The notes under the pieces were generated by a model. That model had not been told where the DNA came from. It made no database searches and saw nothing but the letters and a program-made list of their open reading frames with translations. A stretch of 60,236 bases of DNA, counting the filler, from Nemertoderma westbladi (taxonomy: Eukaryota > Animalia > Xenacoelomorpha), in the NCBI GenBank assembly GCA_032718475.1. It is 3 parts of 3 records of this genome, joined end to end, with 100 filler letters (N's around TTAATTAATTAA, not from the genome) between each part and the next. Parts side by side here need not be neighbours in the genome. Positions count along the whole stretch, not along the records: positions 1 to 25,607 come from JAUCBJ010008076.1; 2 more parts are not named here. The stretch is one strand, 5' to 3'. Position 1 is the stretch's first letter; the number at the start of each line of letters is the position of its first letter. Positions 1-13,000 of the stretch are shown here, in pieces. The position numbers and the translations under genes were made by a program.

Positions 1-11
1 GACATATCTAG

Positions 12-951
12 AAGTCCACAACTTCTACAACAGACATATCTTCACCATCAGAGACTGATGAGTATATAACAGTAGATAATATATCAGACAATTCAAATGA
101 AACTGAAATGGATCCTACTTACTCATACAGCATAAAGGAAAAGAAAGGTGAATCCCTACAAGGAAGTCAGGTACCAACAAACATAAGAAAAGACTCTGTA
201 ATAATCACAAACCCATCAGTGAAATGTCCCTCTACTCTAGAACAAGTCCTCAAAAACAATGAGACCTGGCAAGAACCAAAAAGATCTGCCAAACCAACCT
301 TCAAATCAAAGATCCAGATGCGGCACAACATTAAGACTGAAAACAAATATAGTGAACTAGATAATGATACCAAAATTACCATACTTCCACAACAACTGAC
401 TGATTTCTTGGTGAATCTAAATAATGTTTCCAAAGAAACTGTCAATCTAAGAAAATCACAAGGTAGTAGCAAGAATGAACACAACAACTTTAAGCAACAT
501 CAAACGAGATACGAACAAGAAACCCAACGAAGCACTCCTTCCAACAAACGGAAGCAGTAGAAGCAGCACAGATATGAAGCGGAATAATAAAGGGTTTGAT
601 CTACACTACAAAACCTCTAGGGATTCATACTGACACAATAACAATCAAGCCAACTATAATGGTAATCAATATAAATCTATCCCGCAAGATAATAATAGGC
701 ATACGGAGTATGTGAGGAACTCTTGGAGACATGCCCCAGAATCATCTCGACACCAAAGTCAAACATACCAGCAGTATCAGAAGAACAGAGTGAGTAGACA
801 TGATTATCCACATCAACACTTCCCAAACCCTCATCTAAGAGACCAATCTGAACATACCTCGTACCCCAGTAATGACCAATGTGACATAACCTATGACAAC
901 AGGTATTACAACCGATCCAACAGAAGTCATATGGCTAGGAATCGTTTTTAA
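12..951 (+). pseudogene. Degraded A-rich reading frame, possibly a non-LTR retroelement ORF1 remnant
   Basis: Strong A bias on the + strand; broken low-complexity S/T/N/Q/K-rich ORFs (108-560, 712-951) separated by stops; no recognisable domain. Confidence 0.25.
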
Positions 952-1852
952 GCTGGCTCCGAGTATCACAACTGGAGACCTAAATTTCAAAAATGCTGGA
1001 AATACGAGTAATATTTTGCAGAGAAGTGAAATCAGTCTTACTCAGTTTTTAAGACTTGCATTTTAATTTTCACATTTTTTACTCAAAATAGATAGATAGA
1101 CAATTTGTTGTCAAAGAATAGTTAAGGAATGTCTCGCAAAGTTTATTCATGTGATTTTTCAGTGAATCTAATTTCGCAATAAAAAAATGTCAAATTAATA
1201 GTGCTAAAACCCAGCATCACTCTGTAGAACCAATATATTATAAAAAATGTAATATACTATATTAACACTGACACATTGACTTACCTACACATAGTTGCAA
1301 CACTACAGTGTATACATGAGACATTGTTTCATAATGTTACATATCGAATAACACTATTACTGCTATATCTAGCACATACTCACAACAATCAATACCCTAC
1401 ATCTAAACATTAATTATCATTCCATCTTATATTCAAACGTAATTAACCTGTCAATATTGTACTGATAATGTATGTAGAACAAGTAAATTATTATTATTAG
1501 TTAGATGTATTTCGTATTAATTAATATGCATTTTATGCTATCGAAATCATTAGAATAATTGGATCTCGTTGGTAACATATGCTATAGTATAGAATTCAAT
1601 GAACAATAATTTATAATTGATACTACCACAAGCTATTTGTAAACATCTGCGACCAGTTATGATGAATAAATCGATATTGAATAATTATTACTTGGCATTC
1701 AACAGCTATAACTCGGATATTTATCGCCTTTTTCTCTCGAGGTTGGGTGGAAGAGTGGGTGACGAGTTGTGAGGAGTTATAACAGTCCCGAGTTCGAACC
1801 CGGTTGAATATTTTGTTATCTGAAAAATTGCGAAATTAAATTTAGTTACTGG

Positions 1853-2105
1853 TGAAAAATAGTAGAAGTTACCTGTAGACACCTCTAGCGTCTGTAAAAT
1901 AAAGGTTTGTAAATATGAAAATACTGGTTGCTGAAAAATAGCGATTTGAAAAATAGTAGACGTTACCTGTAGACACCTCTAGCGTCTGTAAAATATAGGT
2001 TGGTGAATATGAAAATACTGGTTGCTGAAAAATTGCGATTTGAAAAATAGTAGAAGTTACCTGATGCTAAGTGTAGACACTCGAACACCTGTAAAATAAA
2101 GGTTG
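1853..2105. repeat. ~107-bp tandem repeat, about 2.5 copies
   Basis: GAAAAATAGTAGA(A/C)GTTACCTG...GTAAAATA(A)AGGTT recurs at ~1854, ~1948 and ~2042. Confidence 0.7.
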
Positions 2106-3984
2106 GTGATTGGACGGAGTACTAGCGCTGGGTGACTAATAACGCCTCTAGCGGAATAAGCGGGAACTTGAGAAGTTGCCATGGTTACGGATGAAATGCT
2201 GACATCTGATTGGTTGAAATAATAACGACCACCGCAAAAGGTTGAAATAGTGGCTTCTGATTGGACAGAGTACTAGAAATGGATGGTAATGATGGGCTAT
2301 GGGTGACCATGGCGCAGTGTCATAGTATCTTATACTACTCACTTCCATTAAATATTCTTAACAAGTTCTATCGTGACCTTATACCACAAAATTGTAATTT
2401 TTCAACCAAGATCTTAAAAAAATTCCAAAAATGACCACCCACCAAGGGCCAATTAGTAAAAATAGACCTGGCCAGATAGCGTTAAGGCCCCCAAGTCCCT
2501 ATCCCCCAATCAATCTGTCCTGCTTCTGGACCAGACCACTCTCACACCAAAACTCCCCACAAGGTGCTGATCGATCTCATTAGAAAACTTGGCTTTAGAA
2601 ATTTAAAAAATACGTATATTTCACAAAAAATTATAAAGGATAATGGTAATTTAGTGTATTTCACTAACTACATAAAAATTCCGGTTCCGGCATAATGATT
2701 TCCGGTTCCGGTTCCGGCCGGAATCAAATATCGATAACGGGACATAATTATAATAATATAAAGATTATCTATTCCCCGCCCTTGAGAAGAAGACGACTCA
2801 TCATCTCATCTAGAATGTCTCCGAACTCCGAGAACATTGCCCCAAGAAGATGCCTGAATCCTGACGTTAGGTGGTGCCAATCCCAATGAACCGGCACATA
2901 ACGAAAATTTTAGAAGCGAAGCTTCGGTTTATCTTCTAATGGCAATGATTAACCCTACAGAAATAGGACGCAAACAGCTATCGCAACATACTGTAGCTAC
3001 AGTATAGTCACTTAAGCTATGGTGACAAGGCAAAAAGGCCCTATAATATCGGATATTGGATATCTGGCAAAATTCTACCGGATATCCGATCTGGATGCAA
3101 GAAGTGATATCCGGTACACCCCTACTTGTATACTTTGCTTGTTTTATTCCACCAATATAAATTTTTTGTTTATTATTCAAACCACCCAAATATATAATAT
3201 TGTTCTCATATGGATTTACACGCAGCTTAATGTAAATAACTACGTACGGTACGTTGAATTACCCGCCCTTGCATATTATGGGCAGGTGGATTATATAACA
3301 ATCCAAATAAATTATCCTTTAACATATAAATTCTACTATAACTAGAGTTTAATTAATCATGTACAAATATATTTATATGATATTCATATTATTAATATTA
3401 TATTATTTAATTCTACTATTAATTAACAAAGCCCAGAGTTTAGAGAGAAAGGAAAAAAAGATAAAGGAAAATCTAAATGAGTAATAAAATCAGTCAGTTG
3501 TATTGATAGACTCCGTTAGTTACATCTGTTACGTTTCCTTTGTCAAAGTACCATAAGAAAACGCGCCCAGTTAAACGCACCTCAGACATATTGACTTCCC
3601 TGTCTTCTTTCACATAGGGAGGAGTTCAAAAAACCAAAGGGAACCAACCTCTAAGCTACCGAACTTCCCTAAAGGACGTTCAGCAACAGCAGCTGCTTAG
3701 AAGAGCTGCTGGTTTAACTGCGATTCAACTGGGAATCTAAAATAACCACTTAAGAATTTCTGTCACGGTGCACCGAGTTGTTAATAAAGGTATTTTAAAG
3801 GGACGGGTTCGGACGAACAAAGCGATCTAGATGACGCATGTCACAGCAGTCCTGTGACTGACATTAACATAAAATAAACTTCGATTCAATATCTGAATAA
3901 GTAGACAAAAATAAACCAAACTTATTTTTATTACCGTTTGCAATATATAAATCAATAATTAACGTTTAATTAGCACATTATCTA

Positions 3985-4863
3985 TCACGATATCGATAAA
4001 TCGATTCGTTGGAAAATTTCCCCTTTGATAGGAATATATTTGGCTAATAGATCGGGGTTGTTTAGGAGGTGAGCCTGTTGAAGGGGCATTGGGTCACTAT
4101 GTACATCGGGTACGGGGGTTAATTCCCCCTCCTTCGCCGTGTATTCCCGGAGCAGATAGTTCGTCCCGGCCCGGTGGTAGACTCGTGTGTCCCGTATGCG
4201 AGCCAACACGTCGTCGACTCGAAGGAAAAACCTCAACAGAATGAAGAAACCCGATTCCATTAGCCGCATCTTAACGTGGAGTTTGGCGACCCCGTGGTCG
4301 CTTAGTTCATCCTCGTAGAGGATTAAATCCTGATAGAAGAGAATCGATTCGCGAACCCTAAGTCGGTCTAAGTCGATACGTTCATCGGTTTCGGAAACGG
4401 ATAAACATTCGCCGAATTCTGACCCCTTGTAATCCGTAGAGAAAGTCCAATCGAACGGGTCCACCGTGTTTGCGAGGTGTTCAGAATGCGTACGGGTTTC
4501 TCTCCACGCCTGGGTTACAGCGACTTTTAGCGGGTCGCTGGTCGCGTTTACTTGTTTCAGCGCATCGAGTGGGTTGAACGCTATCCCGGATCTATTGGGT
4601 TTGTACTCCAATCTGAGTGTGTTTCTAGGGAATACCATCTCCGGTAGGTGGGGGAGCGATAGAGATGAGTTGTACTCGCATACTGGGCACATATCAGACA
4701 GGGTCATCTCGTTACTGGATGCTGAGCATTGTGCTGAGCACATAGACTGCATCATAGAGCTCCTTGTCGCAGTTATATTCCACGGACCCGATGTAAAGTT
4801 CTCCGTAGATATATTCGGCACACGACTCAGCAATTCAGCTCCTTTAACTACGTGCTCGCTCAT
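3985..4863 (-). CDS. TIPRL: TIP41-like protein (PP2A/TOR pathway regulator), intronless, ~292 aa
   Basis: TIP41 motifs LPHLPEMVFPRN, IAFNPLDAL, PFDWTFSTDYKG, ILFYQDLILYEDELSDHG, FFILLRFFLRVDDVLARIRDTRVYH. First ATG is at 4863 (the ORF track starts upstream at a non-ATG codon). Confidence 0.93.
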   Translation of the reverse strand: MSEHVVKGAELLSRVPNISTENFTSGPWNITATRSSMMQSMCSAQCSASSNEMTLSDMCPVCEYNSSLSLPHLPEMVFPRNTLRLEYKPNRSGIAFNPLDALKQVNATSDPLKVAVTQAWRETRTHSEHLANTVDPFDWTFSTDYKGSEFGECLSVSETDERIDLDRLRVRESILFYQDLILYEDELSDHGVAKLHVKMRLMESGFFILLRFFLRVDDVLARIRDTRVYHRAGTNYLLREYTAKEGELTPVPDVHSDPMPLQQAHLLNNPDLLAKYIPIKGEIFQRIDLSIS

Positions 4864-5400
4864 TATAAAGACAATTTTTTCAGTTTTGGTTATAGTATAG
4901 GCTAGCACTGTAGTAGGGGCTACTCCTACTGTAGTGCAGTAGGGGTGCGGGTCAATTCGCAGATTCGCCCCTCGACCTATTCACTATTTGCCCCAAATCG
5001 ATTCGCACCAGATTTTAGGGGCATAGGCTATGAACTGATGGACATGGCGCGAATCGACTTCTGGACTTTGACAGTTAACCGATTCGCCCCACCTCTAAGT
5101 CCATTCGCACCATATGATTTTATTTAATGTTTTACTACAGTAGGCCTACACAAGTCCCTAAAAGGTGCCACCCTGCTCCATAGCGCGGGAAATTCAAATG
5201 ATTGAAAGAAATGTAATTTGTGCTGGAAAGGGTGGCAGATCTGATCTGCCACCAATATTTTGGCGGTAAATTCAAATCTGTTTCAACATTGAATACATGA
5301 ATTAAGTAAGACGTATGTAATTCATTGAATCAGAATACAGGAATAAATAATTTCTTATCGGTTTAATTCACTCATCCGTTATTGTTGTTGTTTTATCTAT

Positions 5401-5780
5401 TCTGGGGCTTCGAGCAGCACGTGAACAACTAAGCTGACTTGTTAACTAGTCTGGGACTTCGATCAGCACGTGAACTGGTGAACAACTAAGCTGACTGGTT
5501 AACTAGTCTGGGACTTCGATCAGCACGTGAACAACTAAGCTGACTGGTTAACTAGTCTGGGACTTCGATCAGCACGTGAACAACTAAGCTGACTGGTTAA
5601 CTAGTCTGGGACTTCAGCAGCACGTGAACAACTAAGCTGACTGGTTAACTAGTCATCTGGGACTTCGATCAGCACGTGAACAACTAAGCTGACTGGTTAA
5701 CTAGTCTGGGACTTCAGCAGCACGTGAACAACTAAGCTGACTGGTTAACTAGTCATCTGGGACTTCGATCAGCACGTGAA
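5401..5780. repeat. ~49-bp minisatellite, 7-8 copies, inside the TIR element
   Basis: Unit CTGGGACTTCGATCAGCACGTGAACAACTAAGCTGACTGGTTAACTAGT with small indels. Confidence 0.92.
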
Positions 5781-6243
5781 ATTCATGGGTTTATGTGTTA
5801 GAAAATAAAATTATGCGTGAAATGTATGATAGTTTAGTGTGGCATTGATTACCATTAGGCTCTCCAGATGTAATTATTGTCATCTGTTTACTGTTTTATT
5901 ATTACTTTATAGCGCTACCTAAAAGGGAAACACAGTTGTAAAAGAAGATTTGGAGGAAGGAGTGAATGGAATATCAACCCCCAGGAGAGTGGATGGTCTG
6001 TACGGAAACTGAACAGAACACCAACCGTTATTAGCATTAGGGGCGGAGCGGATGGACTGTATGGGAACTGAACAGAATATCAACCGTTGAAAGGAAGAGT
6101 GAATAGACTATAAAAGTTGTTTTGATGTCATAACTTACTTGTTTTATGCCATTTCTTCTATAAGAGAAAGTGTTTTTTGGGTGTTGTGGGGCGATTAGAA
6201 ATTTGCAAACTTACGAATTATTCGCCATTGTTATGAATAGAGA

Positions 6244-6490
6244 CAGGGGGGGGGGGGGGGGGGACTGGACGCAAATCCCGCCTTGGCGAATTAATATCCC
6301 GCCTCAATGTTAAATTCTCAATTTAAGGAAAGGAACAGGTTACAGTGGCACGTTATTTTAACCAAAACAATAAACTAAGCACAATAGAACAGGTTGCAGT
6401 TTTATTTTTGAGAGTAATCAGCTGTTATTTGTGTCCAATTTCCTTGGAGAGGTATGAATTTTTATTGCGTCCAGTTTCCCCCCATACCTG
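6244..6490. mobile_element. Small MITE-like element
   Basis: Left CAGG(G)nACTGGACGCAA is inverted to right TTGCGTCCAGTTTCCCCCCATACCTG, followed by TA. Confidence 0.5.
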
Positions 6491-7322
6491 TATGAATAAT
6501 ATAATTTTTTTGTTATCCTAAAAGATAAAAGGGTTAGGCTTACATTGAGCTATTCCAATTATTATATTTTAAATAATTTACTTCGGTTTGTATCCACGTG
6601 TTATTATTGCAAATACAGTATAATGGAAATTGTTTTCTTTACATGTTTTAAGAATATTGCAATAATTATGTTATACCTTGCATAATAATGAGAAAATAAA
6701 AAACAGAAATGCTATAAGAATGCAATGATAGAATTACAATATTAGCTTATTGTCACGCATTAGAAGGTTAATTTTAGAGCACTGGCATAATGACCGCAAC
6801 GCAAATTTTTTTTTAGTGTGTTTGAAACATTAATTTAATTTAAAACATTAATTGAAAGGAGCCGGTTACTGTGGTGGTTTTTTTTGTAATCAAAAACATA
6901 AACAAACTTTATTTAACTTGCGGTCAATTTGCGCTGAAGATCACCATTTTCACTTGTAGTCGGTCAATCAATTTGCGCACTATCTGTAATTTTAAGGGTG
7001 GGAAATTTATTCTTGTACATAGTGTTAAAATAAATAACACTGGTGATGATGATATTAGTATCTGTAGTTCTCGAACACTTTTAAGAAGTCAACTTTTATT
7101 TTCTAAAATAATGTTAAATCTAGCATTCGTTTTTGAATGTAATATTATCTGATTATATTTCTTAAATATAGATGTTACTAATAAACATTATTTTAATGTT
7201 GATGGATTAAAGGGAATGTACATGTACAAAGTTGTATTTTGAACTAATTTAATTACTGCTACTCAGTCCCTATATACTGCATATTAAGGTGATAGGACTA
7301 TATTGACATTTCGAATAACTAA

Positions 7323-7614
7323 GGCCCGCCGAACACTAGAGATGCAAGATACCAGATGCATCGCATTTTATTTTATATATTGATAGCTTTTATGTTATTT
7401 ATTTATTTTAATGTATATTTCAAAGAATTTATCATGCATCTTGCATCTCTTCTGTACAGCCTCCCATAGTCTACCATGTATTCTATATTCGAGATGCAAG
7501 ATGCAAAAAATAGAACCTTTTTTGCATCTTGCATCTCTAGTGTGCGTGGTCTGATAGGAAATAATGTATTCTAAAAAAAAATTTGCATCTTGCATCTCTA
7601 GTGTGCGCCGGGCC
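7323..7614. mobile_element. PIF/Harbinger-type (Tourist-like) MITE
   Basis: TIRs GGCCCGCCGAACACTAGAGATGCAAGAT / ATCTTGCATCTCTAGTGTGCGCCGGGCC; TAA target duplication at 7320-7322 and 7615-7617. Confidence 0.82.
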
Positions 7615-10079
7615 TAAACTGTATTGCTGTCTCAAAATAAAACAGTTGATTAATATTGGGAGACCAACAGTAGTACAATTCCGTATAAATTCTGGCGACA
7701 AAGCCGCTACAAATTTCCGTCTGGTACAAAAAATTATAAAGGCGACAAAGCCTCTACAAATTTCCGTCTGGCAGCTAGGTGTTATCATGGCAACTGGCTA
7801 TAACTTCCCGGCAACATTCCAGCTATTTGTCGCACCCCAAACCATGTCCCGATAGGATTACATGTTAATTTATCCATGGTGGGCTATGGCAGGTGGCGAC
7901 ATTTCCGGAAAAATGGGTACCATAAAAGCTGCAAAGTAGCCGAGACATTTTGCCAGTCTACAGCCGCCAGACATGGCCTGCAAGCCGGATAAATATTTCT
8001 GAAAATTTGCCAGAAACGGTTTTCCTGGGTAGTATGGGACATCGAGCAAAATTGAAAATTTAGGAGGGGGGGGGGGGGGGTCGGGGGATTTGGATTAACT
8101 TCTATCTCAGTAAAGTATAGAACATAATAATCATAACAATTAACAATTATACACTTATACCTAGTATATTAATAGTAGATTTCAAGTGGATAGGTGATAG
8201 AAAGGCGCAGTGAATTTATATATTTTTGGCGGTTGATTCAAATTACAGAATTATCATATTTCCATCACAATTCCATCCAGAATAGTGAATTAAACCGATT
8301 AGAAATAATTTATTCTAATTCAATGAATTACATTAGTCTTACTCTAGGCCTATTCATGTACCGGTATTCAATGTTAAAACAGATTTGAATTTACCGCCAA
8401 AATATAGGTGGCAGATCTGATCTGCCACCCTTTCCAGTATAAATTACATGTCTTTCAATCATTTGAATTTCCCGCGCTATGGAGCAGGGTGGCACCTTTT
8501 AGGGACTTGTGTAGGCCTACTACTACTAATATCAATATATGGGCCTATATAATATATTCCTGTATTCTGTATTGGTCTGTCTACCGGGTAGCAGGCCCTC
8601 CGCCCTACCTCATTCTCATTCCTCATACTGTCACTGTCATACAATAAATTACAATTACCTATATCAGTACAGGGGTGTTTGAAAAAGGTGGACTGGACAC
8701 AGAAAACATGGACAACGGACAGACCAATCAGAAACGTATTAAGCAAAGCAGTTTGTAGCAATTGGTCTGTCCACCTTTTTCAAGTTTTCGCTTTCTTAGT
8801 TACATAATTGGGAATAAGATGTGTGTTTGAAAAAGGTGGGCTGGACACATGCACAAAAAACATAGATAATAGTCTGACCAATCAGAAACGTATTAAAGCA
8901 ATGCTATTTATTAGTGATTGGACTGTCCTCCTTTTTAAGGTTTCAATTATCTATCTATAATGGGCATGCTGGAAGCAGTTGCATTAAGAATGCTGCCGGT
9001 GTCCTAGCCGTCCGTATCTACAACCCCCCCCCCCCCCCCCCCACCCCCGCGCCGGATTTCCCCCCTATAAACTTACAGTATAATAATAGTAGGTCTAGCG
9101 TACCATGCAGCACTTTAACTTGGATTTATTGGTTTATTTTTGTGGTTGGGTTAGTTGGTCAGGCCCAAACCCTAATTAAAACTGTCTTTAGTAACCCTAT
9201 AACCTTAAAGTCCCGATGCTCTAATCTAAGAAATTTTGTGGAATTTAGGATCCAAAATATTTAAGGTTGAGGTTACATGACTGTTTTATAATTAAGGCTT
9301 TGGGCCTCCATTTCCACTTTGAATTAGCTTATTTACCTCCCTCGGTGCGCTCGGTCGTTTAATAACAGATCTCGGGGTGAACGGTAAATAAAGCATATTA
9401 CCGTATATTTCCCTCGCAGTACAATAGGTAGTTATTATAATTAACTTTATAGGGCCTACTGCAATGAGTTAGAATATTGACGTTCCAATATTGATGCTAA
9501 GGCTGTAAGGCTCAGCTCACAGACTTCGTGGCTCGCCCCATATTATTGAACTAGGCCTATTTCGACAACTGCGGTTGGTCACAGTAAGCATGGGATAATA
9601 ATAACAATAATAATCCCAGAATACTGAAATAAAGAATACTACTAAGTCGATTCGCCCCAAGTCGAGGTTGAGGGGCGAATCGACTCGACAGCAATGTGAT
9701 ATTCCATTTTCAATGCAGCAATGTATAGGCAAATAGGCCTATAGCATATCGGTCTAGATCATGAGATCAGTAGATGTATGTATAGATGATCAGTAGACAG
9801 GTAGATCCGTACTGTACGCATATTTCCAATTGGCAGATTGGGGTGTCGTTTCAGCCTATGGAAGTATTTCTTGGCTTCTAATTGGTTGTTTCTTCAATAA
9901 GCTCACCTCATTGGCTAACACTCTCCCAGCCAAAAGGTGTGTCGGTTCAGCCCAATTGCCAGAAGGGATGTCGCTTGGGGGAAATCACTTTTATTACTTG
10001 TAAATTTTACTTACGCCTGTCTACTCCTTCCGCATTAAACATAAATCACAATTATATTGTTATATATTCACCGTTGACT

Positions 10080-13000
10080 AATCAACTGCGGAGGCCTGGT
10101 AATCCGGCCCCCCGCTTAAGAAACGCAAAACAACGGATTTTTTTGCAGGGTCCATCTGCTAGTACCTCTTTCGCCACGATTCAACCAGTGAAGAAGATAT
10201 TTGTTACCGGGTGTGCCCCAAATGTTCAGCCGGAAGTGCTTATCAAGCATGTGAAGGAAGTGTCTGGTTTTGATGTTTCCTGCGTCAGGATATCCCGTGA
10301 CGAAGCGAGGGTGTCCTCTTTTGTAATATCATGCAATTCTGGTGAGAGGGAACAACTTCTCGACCCCACAGTGTGGCCAATGTATACTCGCATCAGGGAC
10401 TTTGTTGGCTACTTGCGTGATAACCCCGCTGCTGTCGTCAGCTCCCGAAGTGGAATGGTAGGCATTTCGAATAGTGATCAAACCGGTAGTGCTCCGGTTG
10501 ATGTTTGAACTATAATTTTGTATAATTTGTATAATTTCTTTCTTTAATCAATGTATTAATCTGAAACTTTCCAACCTTAACAATGGCGGATGAAAGCTTT
10601 AACCTCAACCTAAGTTTTGTTTCGTATAACTGTGGGTCTGTTAGAACATAGTGTTATTTGCACTCACTACATGTAATTAATGATGCTTGTAATAATGGGT
10701 GTGACTTGTTATTACTGCAAGAACTAATGCTCCCTAAGCAGGAGTTGTCATTTTTGTCTAATATACACCCTAACTACAAAGCTTTTGGTACGTCACCCGT
10801 TGATCTATCTAGTCAGATTTTAGTTGACAGGCCCTTTGGGGGTATCGGTATACTTTGGAAAAAATCCATAGCACACTCTACCACTATAATTAAAACAGGT
10901 AATGATAGGGTTTTTGGTTTAACTGTTAAGTTGAATAATAATGATATTTTATTAATTCTTATTAATATTATTATTATTAATATGCCATATGAATGCCCTG
11001 ATAATGATGACCTTTATAGTAATTGTCTTGCGAGCCTAAAGGCCATTTATGAATCTGTACCTCATTCTCATTTGTTGATTTTCGGTGAATTTAACGCCAA
11101 CCCAGGCAGATTATTCTATAATTATCTATCTGAATGGTGCAGTGAGTTAAATCTGTCTATTATTGATACAGTGTTATTGCCAGCCAATACGTTTACTTAC
11201 GTGAGTGACGCACATTCGTCAACATCGTGGCTGGATCATGTTGTATGTTCCCAATCTGCTATTCAGCTGATAAAAAAAACATCAATGTGAGCTACGATAT
11301 TAGTGTTAGGGACCATATTCCTATCAGTGTGTCTATATGTGGCACAGTTAATGGACACAGTGCTGGCGGCACTCCTGCTCAGCAACATAAATCGTGTAAT
11401 ACTCTGGATTGGGAACACGCCACACCTTTGCAAATTAATAACTATGTCATTAAGGTTCGTCAACTTTTAGAATTTTTTCCAATTGATGATTCATTTATTG
11501 TGTGCAATGATACAAACTGTGAAACTCATAAGAAGTATATAGATGAATTGTATAATAACCTGGTGCATATTTTGCTAACATGTCGTAAGGCTACTATTAG
11601 TCCACGGAAAACTAAAAGTAACACTGCCCCCCACATTCCTGGCTGGAATGATGTTGTAAAAGATAAATACGAGGAGTCCAGAAAATGGCTTAAAACTTGG
11701 CGGTCTATCGGATCTCCAAGGGATGGTGAAATTCATAGGAAATACCTGTGCAGCAAAGCACAATTTAAACGTTCTCTTCGGGAATGTAAACGTTATGAAC
11801 AAAAATTTCGAGATGAAAAACTAGCTAATGCCCTTATTAAAGGCACTAGCAGTAATGAATTTTGGTCTGGGGTTCATAAACAAGCGTGCGATTTTGCTCC
11901 ACTCCCTAGCAGGGTAGGTGATGCAAATGGGCCAGGGGAAATCTGCGATATGTGGAAATCACATTTTGATGATCTACTAAATAGTGTTAAAGACGACTCC
12001 AGTCGAGAGTTTGTACACAGTCGTTTGAAGGAAACCGTTTTTGGTGCTGATAATATTGGATCTCCTGTTGAACCTTGAAACATTTATGGCGATTAATAAT
12101 CTGTCTCGAGGCAAGGCCGTCGGCGCAGATGGCCTTCTGGCGGAACACTTTATAAATGGCTGTTGTGTTTCTATGTTATATATTCTATCTATTATTTTGC
12201 TGGTGTATTTGTCCACGGTTACATGCCGATTGGTATGATGGAATCTATTATAATTTCGTTAATTAAGGATAAGAATGATGACCACACGTCTAAGGATAAT
12301 TATAGAGGTATTTCAATTGCTACAGTGATCAGTAAAATTTTAGAAAATGTTATCTTACATAGGTGTCTATCCCTACTGTACACTACCGATAACCAGTTTG
12401 GCTTCAAGTCAAAGCTTGGCACTGAAACGTGCGTATATGCCCTAAAAGAGATTCTCAATTATTATTTAAGTAAGAACACACCCGTTTATGTGTGTATGCT
12501 AGACGCCAGCAAAGCTTTTGACAAAGTTAACCACTTTGTACTTTTTCGCAAACTTATTGATCGAAATATTCCCCTATATATTGTGCGTCTGATTATTTAT
12601 TGGTATAGGTCGCAGTTGATGTGTGTTGTTTGGGCGGGTATAGTCTCACCGAAATGTACGGTGACTAATGGTACAAAACAGGGTGGCATTCTGTCTCCCC
12701 TGTTTTTCAATGTTTATTTAGATGATTTAAGCATTCAATTAACATTAAGCGGGGTGGATGTTATACGGGTAATATCAGGGTAAATCACTTGGGTTATGCT
12801 GATGATATGGGTTTGTTGTCAAACTCAATTTACGGGTTACAAAAGTTAATAGATGTTGCTGTTAGTTACGCCTCTAATAACTCTATGACTTTCAATAAGA
12901 AGAAATCTAAATGTATGTATTTACCAAGAGATATAAGCTGCAGCGCTAAGTCCGCAGTATTTCTTTATGATGTGAAACTCGATATTGTTGATAAATTTAA

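Larger units (their letters stand above)
5149..8511. mobile_element. Non-autonomous DNA transposon with ~150-bp terminal inverted repeats
   Basis: 5149-~5297 (CACAAGTCCCTAAAAGGTGCCACCCTG...) is the reverse complement of ~8363-8511 (...CAGGGTGGCACCTTTTAGGGACTTGTG). Both sides are flanked by TAGGCCTA (8-bp or TA duplication). No transposase inside. Confidence 0.8.

Noticed and set aside
1740-1810. tRNA or tRNA-derived SINE head (GAGTTCGAACCC B-box)
   Set aside because: No cloverleaf or convincing A-box; a B-box-like motif alone is insufficient.
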